Of a DNA stretch of 19,008 nt, positions 1-7,104 are shown one piece after another. The notes below the pieces were generated by a model. That model made no database searches. It saw only the letters and a program-made list of their open reading frames with translations, and was not told where the DNA came from. The position numbers and the translations under genes were made by a program. The stretch is taken from contig CAZPUN010000046.1 in the NCBI GenBank assembly GCA_964589775.1, positions 1 to 19,008 of the forward strand. The letters run 5' to 3'. The first letter of the stretch is position 1. Each line of letters opens with the position of its first letter. This DNA is from an uncultured archaeon. Its GTDB lineage: Archaea; Asgardarchaeota; Thorarchaeia; Thorarchaeales; CAZPUN01.

Positions 1-885
1 AAATGTGATAGGCGTTTTAGTAATTATAAGATCTATGTAATTATTTGTGGGAATTAAAAGTATGATGGCGGCGAATATTCCCAAAATAAAATTCATCAAA
101 GAGACCTGATTGGGTGTGATATTTGTTCTTGAAAGTACCGCTGTGAGCCTTCTGGAAATACGCCGATTGTATTCACCTACCAGTTCGCCCTCGATTTTTG
201 TTGTTTGCTTCAATAGCAATGATTTTGCCTTCTTAAAGGCTTCTTTACTTCTATTATGGCACCACAATGTACCGTCTACATCAAATGTATTGACCTTTAC
301 GTCCTTGAGTCCTTGTTTAATTAATTGATACATATCTTGTGCAGAATCCAATGATATTAATCGTTCAATTGTTTCTCTATCAAAGAACATAACATCTGTA
401 AATACGGATCCATTCTCTAATTGTGTGCCTATATCTTTTAATTCATTATTTTCCACGATAATTTTTGTTGCCTGTGTTGTATCGCAACCCTTGACTTTTG
501 AATCTATAAACAATGTAGTTTTTCCAGTCAATCCATTTTTAAAACCGCGATAATCTATCAAATGATCTCCAAAAGTTACAACTGCAGGCCATTTTGTGTG
601 TTTTAGTCCTTCAATTATAGGCGTTGCATCTTTTCCATTCTTTACTCGAACAATCTCCATGACAAATGTTGAGTCTAATTTTTTCTTTTGTATATATTCT
701 TCAAGTTTCGTATCCCCATCATTAATCACAATTATGAATCGTTTAATTCCTATTTGATGGAACCTATACATATGTCGCTCCAGTAATGATAACCCGTAGA
801 CTTTATGTAAATATGCTGGAGTATTCTTGTTGGACAAAACCTGATTTTCGGTAGTACATAAAATGACTGCTTGAATTTGCTCCAA
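1..885 (-). CDS. 5' part of an IPCT/DIPPS-like fusion: degenerate nucleotidyltransferase-like domain plus CDP-alcohol phosphotransferase (runs off the window edge; absent from the ORF track)
   Basis: Translated by hand: TTG at 885, 5 nt after a GGTGA RBS, open to position 1 (295 codons). Reads MEQIQAVILCTTENQVLSNKNTPAYLHKVYGLSLLERHMYRFHQIGIKRFIIVI...FGDHLID...QATKIIVENNELKDIG...DVDGTLW...KKAKSLLLKQTTKIEGELVGEYNRRISRRLTAVLSRTNITPNQVSLMNFILGIFAAIILLI. The segment NRxISxxLTxxL...ITPNQVS is typical of the start of the CDP-alcohol phosphotransferase domain. The DxxDGxxAR signature would lie outside the window. Confidence 0.85.
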   Translation of the reverse strand, partial: MEQIQAVILCTTENQVLSNKNTPAYLHKVYGLSLLERHMYRFHQIGIKRFIIVINDGDTKLEEYIQKKKLDSTFVMEIVRVKNGKDATPIIEGLKHTKWPAVVTFGDHLIDYRGFKNGLTGKTTLFIDSKVKGCDTTQATKIIVENNELKDIGTQLENGSVFTDVMFFDRETIERLISLDSAQDMYQLIKQGLKDVKVNTFDVDGTLWCHNRSKEAFKKAKSLLLKQTTKIEGELVGEYNRRISRRLTAVLSRTNITPNQVSLMNFILGIFAAIILLIPTNNYIDLIITKTPITF

Positions 886-920
886 CTATATCACCGCTTT
901 TATTTCAATATTTTTCAATT

Positions 921-1108
921 CTGAGATGTTCTCCGCGATGAGCTGCGGAGATTGTGAATATTAGACTACCCAAATATAGTCTTTCAGTGTATATACTCGC
1001 TATATTTTAGCGAGGGCTCTTAGTTACTGCTTCACAATCTTGAGGATTTTAGATGCGAAGAGAATAACCTAAATCCTCAGATTACTTGATTTGAGATACG
1101 TATACACT
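921..1108. ncRNA. Putative structured RNA element (leader or small ncRNA) of unknown family
   Basis: Six perfect helices in about 190 nt: 931-936/945-950, 949-958/1031-1040, 963-968/977-982, 986-993/1101-1108, 996-1002/1008-1014 and 1041-1049/1071-1079. Confidence 0.5.
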
Positions 1109-1121
1109 TTTATTAACTTTT
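1108..1121 (-). promoter_or_regulatory. Candidate BRE/TATA promoter for the IPCT/DIPPS-like gene
   Basis: The minus strand reads AAAAGTTAATAAA, a purine-rich BRE followed by a TATA-like box. This would put the transcription start near 1083. Confidence 0.35.
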
Positions 1122-1197
1122 AGGCAATTTGTCTTTGTTTTAAAGATATACTTTTTTGTTTTGTTCATATCCTGATTTCTGGCTGTTATTCATGCGG

Positions 1198-1216
1198 CAA
1201 AGACTTTTTAAAAAAA
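1198..1216 (+). promoter_or_regulatory. Candidate BRE/TATA promoter for the bcs1-like gene
   Basis: CAAAGACTTTTTAAAAAAA lies about 45 nt upstream of the TTG start, with a GGGG RBS-like element at 1244-1247. Confidence 0.35.
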
Positions 1217-1255
1217 TCCACTTTATTTGAATAAAAAAAGATTGGGGAACCGAAA

Positions 1256-2635
1256 TTGTCTGGAAAGAATGTAGCGATAATTCTGGCTGGTGGTTCTGGA
1301 GTTCGATTTGGTGCTGAAAAACCCAAACAGCTTGTCAAATTAGCCGGTAAGACTGTAATTGAGCATACAATTGAGAAATTTGAAAAACATCCTATGATCG
1401 ATAAAATCTATCTGGTTGTAAATCCCTCATATCGCGATTATATTGAGGAACTGATAAAGGGTAAATTTTCAAAAGTAAAGAAGGTTTTAAATGGCGGAAA
1501 GACACGGCAAGAATCTTCCAGCATTGGTATCATGGCATGTGAAGATGAGGATGAGAATGTGCTTGTACATGATGCAGTTCGTCCATTTGTTTCAGCGGAA
1601 ATCATATCTGAAATGGTCGAGCAGCTTAAAACTCATGTGGCTGTTGATGTAGCGATTCCAAGTCCAGATACAATAATCCAAATCAACGATGAACATTATA
1701 TTGTAGACATTCCACAAAGGAAGTATATGTGGCGAGGTCAAACGCCGCAAGGATTTAAAAAAGATATATTATTGAAGGCGCACAAGTTAGCCATTGAAAA
1801 CGGAATTGAAAATGCATCTGATGATTGTTCTCTGGTATTAAAATTAAATCTGGGCGATATTTTTGTTATTTCCGGTTCGAAGTTCAATATTAAAATAACA
1901 TATCCACTAGATATACACATTGCAGACAAGATCTTTCAGATTTATCAGATTAAGATTCCTGAGGTCTCTTCTGATGAGTTGAAAAAGTATTTCAGAGATA
2001 AGGTGGTAGTTGTTTTTGGTGGAACCAGTGGTATCGGTTTAGAAATATGTAATCTTACAAAATCCTATGGTTCCCGTGTTTATAGTTTGTCTCGTAGAGT
2101 TGGTGTAGATATTCGAAACTATGACAGCGTAAAAAAGGCATTAGATGAAATATATGAAAAAGAAAAGCGTATTGATGTTGTAGTGGTTAGCTCTGGAGTC
2201 TTAAAGCGAGCCTTTATTGAAAGTGCAGATATTGAGACTATCCGTGAACAAATTGAAACGAACCTAATGGGCAACATTCTAGTTGCGAAAGCATCAATTC
2301 CATATCTTAAGGAATCTCATGGTTCTATTACGTTCTTTGCGTCCAGCTCATATACTCGTGGTAGAATGGGCTATACACCCTATAGTTCATCAAAGGCTGC
2401 ATTGGTTAATTTCGTGCAAGGATTTTCTGATGAAGTTTCCGAGTACGGAATTTGTGCTAATGTTGTTTCTCCGGAGCGGACTGCAACACCTATGCGCGTT
2501 ATGAACTTTGGAAAGGAAGACCCCAACAAGTTATTGTCTCCTGAATTTGTCGCACTTGCAACATTAAAGACCATAGCGAGTCGAGTCACCGGTTCAGTGA
2601 TCAGTGTTACAGTTGCTGATGAAAAAGGAAGCTGA
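1256..2635 (+). CDS. bcs1: Bifunctional cytidylyltransferase / SDR reductase (Bcs1-type CDP-ribitol synthase: ribitol-5-P cytidylyltransferase plus ribulose-5-P reductase)
   Basis: The N-terminal domain has IspD/TarI motifs LAGGSGVRFG...PKQL, GGKTRQESS, VHDAVRPF, GQTPQGF, SDD and NIKITYPLD. The C-terminal SDR has FGGTSGIG, SSSYTRGR, the catalytic YSSSK and PERTATPMR. Architecture and motifs match Haemophilus Bcs1/Acs1. Confidence 0.88.
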   Translation: MSGKNVAIILAGGSGVRFGAEKPKQLVKLAGKTVIEHTIEKFEKHPMIDKIYLVVNPSYRDYIEELIKGKFSKVKKVLNGGKTRQESSSIGIMACEDEDENVLVHDAVRPFVSAEIISEMVEQLKTHVAVDVAIPSPDTIIQINDEHYIVDIPQRKYMWRGQTPQGFKKDILLKAHKLAIENGIENASDDCSLVLKLNLGDIFVISGSKFNIKITYPLDIHIADKIFQIYQIKIPEVSSDELKKYFRDKVVVVFGGTSGIGLEICNLTKSYGSRVYSLSRRVGVDIRNYDSVKKALDEIYEKEKRIDVVVVSSGVLKRAFIESADIETIREQIETNLMGNILVAKASIPYLKESHGSITFFASSSYTRGRMGYTPYSSSKAALVNFVQGFSDEVSEYGICANVVSPERTATPMRVMNFGKEDPNKLLSPEFVALATLKTIASRVTGSVISVTVADEKGS

Positions 2636-2639
2636 GAGT

Positions 2640-2914
2640 TTTACAAACGCTCTGCGAGAAAGTATCGCTTTAGAAAGCAGTGATAAACCGCATAAATGTT
2701 CATAAGTATATACATGATACTGAATCAACCAATTTGAGGATTTAGAATGGGCTGCGACTTGCATACAACATTGCATTCAAGGACGGCTTCAGAAAAACTG
2801 GAGCGCATTGTGGTCTCGTCGGGACATGGTGTGTATATGCGTGAAATGGCTATCGCTGTGTAATCTACACGCATAACCATTGCGTCTCAATGTGGAGAGT
2901 ATGTCTGACTCTCC
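2640..2914 (+). other. Structured intergenic element between convergent genes (possible ncRNA or small-ORF transcript)
   Basis: About 275 nt, visibly less AT-rich than other spacers. Stems include TATCGCT/AGTGATA, GCTTCAG/CTGGAGC, ATGGT..TATGCGTG/CACGCATA..ACCAT and GGAGAGT/ACTCTCC. G-U wobbles favour the + strand. Confidence 0.35.
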
Positions 2915-2922
2915 TATTTTCT
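2894..2922. terminator. Hairpin abutting the flippase stop codon, followed by a T-rich tract on +
   Basis: GGAGAGT-atgtctg-ACTCTCC (2894-2914), then TATTTTCT. Confidence 0.4.
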
Positions 2923-4419
2923 AATTAATAACTTTTTAATTAGCTTTATTATTGGGCTTGGTAAGAAACTTGTGGCTATCGATAATTCATGCTCTGATAC
3001 TACATTTGCAAATCTGCAATAGATCATATAGACTAAAGCACCTGCTACAAGGTCAATTAATAGTGCTATAATTCCTGAATATTGCTGATTTATGAAATAA
3101 ATTGGTATATACATTAAGATTGCGCCAAAGATTATTTTCACAATAGCTCGTGTATCCACGTATATATCTGGCAAGTATTTTCGACTGTAATAGACTAAAA
3201 TGAGATTACCTGTAATTTCTGAAGCGGCTAAAGCAAGTGCAATTCCTATTGGTCCAAATGGTACAAATAGAACGCCACATGCAATAGCAATAATTGTAGC
3301 TACAGCTGCTGAAATATAATATCTGTCGGTTCGTTTGATTGCTGCAAGCATACTGTTAAAAGGTCTCATCAAAAAGATTGGCAAAATTCGTATTGCCAGT
3401 ATTATAAAAATTGGAAGTGCAGCTTGATAATTTGGGCCAAATATTGAGAAAAATGGTTCGCTTACGAAGATCAGTCCCAGTGTGAGTGGTGCGAAAACAA
3501 ATGCCGATGATTTAATCGTCCAGCTTACTCCTTGGAGTTTTCCTTTTCCTCGTCCTAAGCTTTCTGAAAAGTATGGTGTAAGTGTTGCATAATATCCTAC
3601 GCCAAACGTCACAAGAAGATTTGCCTGTCTCATAGCAAACTCATATAAACCTAATGCACTAATTCCAAATGATGTGAATAGGAATACTCTAAGGAAGAAA
3701 TTCTGACTTAGAAATGCAAGTAGATAGGACGAAACTGTAGGGAACCCGAATAGCAGAAGTTCTTTTGTGGGATATCTATCACGCTGAATTTTAAGCGAAA
3801 TCGGTTCGAACATTGCCATGAATAATATACTTAGCAAGGCAGCAATGAGAAACTTGAGCAACAGCGCATTTATACCAAAACCTTGAATTAACAAGAATGC
3901 AGATACAATTTGGCCTGTAACGGTACCTCCGAGTGATGCAAGTCCGACTTTTTTCATATTCTGGAAGCCTTTCTCAATTCCGGACAATATATTAAATGAA
4001 AAAATAGCGATTATTGCGCCCGTATATATAAGCAAAGTATCCCAGCCAATTACTATGTTAAGCGAATCTAAAATGAAGAGTGTAATTCCCGGAATAAGTA
4101 TTATTGAAATTACAATAACTGAGATTAGAAACAATGTAACGCTAGCGATTATCCTAATCACTTCGTCTCTTTTTTCCTCGCCAATTGCATGTGCAATATA
4201 TCGTGTAGCGGCGCCGGGCATACCGAGTCCAATTATTGTCGGTATTCCGCCAATTAATGTGGCAAGGATCGAATACGTACCAAAATCACTTGTTGCGATA
4301 ACGTTAGAGATAATCACACTGATGATTAAACCCAGTATTAGAGATATAATGGGTTTTAACGATAGGTAAATGCTGTCTGCAATAACTTTTGTTTTCCTGT
4401 TTTTCGGTGAGTCTGGCAT
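2914..4419 (-). CDS. MOP-superfamily (Wzx/RfbX-like) oligosaccharide flippase
   Basis: 501 aa with roughly 12-14 hydrophobic segments. Motifs DFGTYS..., GLGMPGAATRYIA, LLLFGFP, ALGLYEFA and PFGPIGIALA. Glycan-cluster context supports the call. Confidence 0.88.
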   Translation of the reverse strand: MPDSPKNRKTKVIADSIYLSLKPIISLILGLIISVIISNVIATSDFGTYSILATLIGGIPTIIGLGMPGAATRYIAHAIGEEKRDEVIRIIASVTLFLISVIVISIILIPGITLFILDSLNIVIGWDTLLIYTGAIIAIFSFNILSGIEKGFQNMKKVGLASLGGTVTGQIVSAFLLIQGFGINALLLKFLIAALLSILFMAMFEPISLKIQRDRYPTKELLLFGFPTVSSYLLAFLSQNFFLRVFLFTSFGISALGLYEFAMRQANLLVTFGVGYYATLTPYFSESLGRGKGKLQGVSWTIKSSAFVFAPLTLGLIFVSEPFFSIFGPNYQAALPIFIILAIRILPIFLMRPFNSMLAAIKRTDRYYISAAVATIIAIACGVLFVPFGPIGIALALAASEITGNLILVYYSRKYLPDIYVDTRAIVKIIFGAILMYIPIYFINQQYSGIIALLIDLVAGALVYMIYCRFANVVSEHELSIATSFLPSPIIKLIKKLLIRK

Positions 4420-4628
4420 ATTCTCGTATTCCTATTTACTTGATTTGTAATTTTATTCTAAATAACTTCTATATAAAACTCTTCATAATATCTATTGATT
4501 GTTATCCCTTTACGTGCTTGGTGAATAATATTCAATTTTGATAATTAATAGATAACTTTTTCTTGTATTTATTCAATTGATAGGCACTAAGTTTTTATGA
4601 TATTCATTCGGATTATTTTCAGAATCTA

Positions 4629-5732
4629 ATGGGTGGTCAAAAATTGAGAATTACGATTGTAGACGAAATTGCAAATGTAGCGTTTCATTTATCCAAAGGT
4701 CTTTCTTCAAAGGGTCATCATGTGACGGCTGTGTTAGATATTGCACGAAAGCTTCCTCGTCTTCTGTTTGTGCATAAAAAACTACCGAATGTCGATGTAA
4801 AATGGATAAAGCCACTCCCAATTAAGCCGCGAGCCTTTGGGCTAGCTCTTCCAATGATACGCGCCATTATCAAGTCTCGTCCTCATGTGATTAATGTCCA
4901 GTATTTATGGAGTCAATTATTTATCTCATGGTTTGCTGCAAAGTTGCTTGGTGTTCCGATTATTGGAACAGGGCATGGTTGGGAAGTTCTTGATGTACCA
5001 AAGAGCCGAATTCGCGGTCGTATTCAGAGGTGGTTTCTGAATAGGCTCGATAGAATTATAGTTACTGCAGAATACTATAAAGAACACTTACCGGTTCCAA
5101 AAGAGAAAATGGTTTATATTCCACGTATGATCGATACGGACATGTTTCGTCCGGGTATTCCGTGTGATGATATTATAGAGAAATATGGAAACCATATTGT
5201 GACATTTATTGCACGTTTATATCCTATAAAAACGCCCTACAAAACCCTTGATGCATTTAGAAAAGCTCTTGATGTTGTTCCTGATGCCCATCTACTCATT
5301 CTTGGAGTAGGACCTGAGTATGAAGGTATGGTTAAGCACGTAAAAGAATTAGGCATGGAAGATCATGTACATTTTCTCGGTGAAGTGCCGAATACAGAGA
5401 TCCCTAGATACTTGAATGCATCAAAGGCCGAAGTTCGTGGTTTTAATCCTGAGACCCCTGAATTAGGTATTTCACATTTAGAGGCATTAGCATGTGGAAC
5501 CCCTGTATTAACCTATACCGACTATAAGGATATGGGCGGAGTTATTGTAGCATTAGAAGTTGATGATATTGCAAAGCACTTGATTCGAATTTTGACTGAT
5601 AAAGAATTTCATGATGAATTAGCGCGTCAAGGACGCGAATATGTTATGAAGAATTTTAGCATTGAAGCAGCAACACAAAAGACATTGGAAATATTCTACG
5701 AAGAACTTAAGAAAAGGAAGTCCAAAAAATGA
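4629..5732 (+). CDS. Glycosyltransferase family 4 (GT-B fold)
   Basis: LSKGLSSKGHHVTAV, GTGHG, IDTDMFRP, FIARLYPIK, LGVGP, VHFLGEVP and LEALACGTPV. Confidence 0.9.
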   Translation: MGGQKLRITIVDEIANVAFHLSKGLSSKGHHVTAVLDIARKLPRLLFVHKKLPNVDVKWIKPLPIKPRAFGLALPMIRAIIKSRPHVINVQYLWSQLFISWFAAKLLGVPIIGTGHGWEVLDVPKSRIRGRIQRWFLNRLDRIIVTAEYYKEHLPVPKEKMVYIPRMIDTDMFRPGIPCDDIIEKYGNHIVTFIARLYPIKTPYKTLDAFRKALDVVPDAHLLILGVGPEYEGMVKHVKELGMEDHVHFLGEVPNTEIPRYLNASKAEVRGFNPETPELGISHLEALACGTPVLTYTDYKDMGGVIVALEVDDIAKHLIRILTDKEFHDELARQGREYVMKNFSIEAATQKTLEIFYEELKKRKSKK

Positions 5733-6973
5733 AAGTACTGACAATTCTTGGTACTCGTCCAGAGATAATAAAATTGTACTCCTTAATCCACGAATTTGAG
5801 CGCAATAGCGAAGTGGAGCACATTCTAGTACATACCAGTCAGCATTATGATTTTAAAATGTCCCAGGTGTTTATGGAAGAGCTAAGAATTCCTACGCCTG
5901 ATTACTTTCTAAACATTCGATCAGGAACCCACGCGGTTCAGACTGCTCGCTTATTAGAATCTCTTGAAAAAGTATTAATGGAAACAGAACCTGATCTTGT
6001 AGTTGTTCTTGGTGATACTAATTCCACATTGGGCTCTGCACTGGTAGCGGCAAAGCTCAAAATACCTGTGGCACATATTGAAGCTGGCTGTCGCAGTTTT
6101 GATTTGACTATGCCCGAAGAAGTTAATCGTCTCGTCACTGATGCAATTTCTTCATTATTGTTTGCACCCACGGAAACCACAGCTCAAAATCTATATTTCG
6201 AAGGCCATCCGAGAGATCGTGTATTTATGTGTGGAAATACCATTGTTGATGTTGTCGAGGAAGTATTAAAGAATCATCGTAGCAATCGTCCTATGGATGA
6301 TGAATACATACTTCTGACAATGCATCGCGCTGAAAATGTTGATGACCCACAGAGGCTCAAGAGTATTCTTGAAGGCATAAAGCAGATAAATACCAAGGTA
6401 GTTTTTCCGGCACATCCGCGAACAATCAAGCGCATTAACGAGTTTGGCTTGAAATCGTTTGTTGACGACATTGATAATTTGGAGATTATTGAGCCTCTAG
6501 GCTATGTTTCATTTCTAAATTATATGATGCATTCAAAAATTGTTTTGACAGATAGCGGTGGTGTTCAAGAGGAAGTAATTTTACTGAACCGTCCCTGCTT
6601 AACCTTGCGGGATTCTACAGAATGGCCCGAAACCGTTTGGGCTGGTGGAAATATTCTTGTAGGCTGGGAAAGCAAGAAAATTTCAGAAACTGCAAATAAA
6701 CTATTAAACAACGAAGATGAATATGATAGAATGGCTAATGCTAAGAACCCATTCAAAGAAAATGCTGCGAAATGTATTTCTCAAAAGATCATCGAACGAT
6801 ATCACGCCCGTTCTCTTAGCCGCAAGAGAATCGACCTGAGATTTGCAAAATATCCCCTTCCACATTTGCATATTGGTGCTTCTGTAGAGCCTCAAAACGT
6901 ATCACTTAGTTTTGATTCAGATGGAAATTCCCTGCCTAAAGACATTGGCGAGTACAATATTTCGCGGGATTGA
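5729..6973 (+). CDS. wecB: UDP-N-acetylglucosamine 2-epimerase (non-hydrolysing)
   Basis: GTRPEIIKL, HTSQHYD, GDTNS, HIEAGCRS, PEEVNR, TMHRAEN, TDSGGVQEE and RDSTEWPE. The start overlaps the GT4 stop (ATGA). Confidence 0.95.
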   Translation: MKVLTILGTRPEIIKLYSLIHEFERNSEVEHILVHTSQHYDFKMSQVFMEELRIPTPDYFLNIRSGTHAVQTARLLESLEKVLMETEPDLVVVLGDTNSTLGSALVAAKLKIPVAHIEAGCRSFDLTMPEEVNRLVTDAISSLLFAPTETTAQNLYFEGHPRDRVFMCGNTIVDVVEEVLKNHRSNRPMDDEYILLTMHRAENVDDPQRLKSILEGIKQINTKVVFPAHPRTIKRINEFGLKSFVDDIDNLEIIEPLGYVSFLNYMMHSKIVLTDSGGVQEEVILLNRPCLTLRDSTEWPETVWAGGNILVGWESKKISETANKLLNNEDEYDRMANAKNPFKENAAKCISQKIIERYHARSLSRKRIDLRFAKYPLPHLHIGASVEPQNVSLSFDSDGNSLPKDIGEYNISRD

Positions 6974-7104
6974 TCTCCATTTATATTCAAGGCTGATGTC
7001 TTAGCCATTATTTTTTCTTCTCCAATAATCCTATAAATCAGTTTTCGTATATTTTTCTTAATTGGATTGGTTGAATAATTTTCTAGTATAACTATAAAAG
7101 GAAG

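Noticed and set aside
110-328. 72-aa ORF on the + strand
   Set aside because: It is an antisense shadow of the real minus-strand CDS at <1-885.
961-982. AGACTA / ATATAGTC resembling group I intron R and S elements
   Set aside because: There is no room for P3 and P8 between them, no ordered P/Q elements and no interrupted host gene.
949-1040. Hammerhead-like look on the minus strand (CUAAGAG ... GAAA-GACUA/UAGUC-UA)
   Set aside because: The core is not CUGANGA, and stems I and II do not close next to the core. At best it is degenerate.
1256-1960. ispD / MEP isoprenoid pathway
   Set aside because: The domain is fused to an SDR rather than IspF and sits in a glycan cluster. Archaea use mevalonate routes.
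2616-2665. CTGATGA...GAAA (hammerhead or C-box candidate)
   Set aside because: It lies in the coding end of bcs1 and the flanking stems do not form the required junction.
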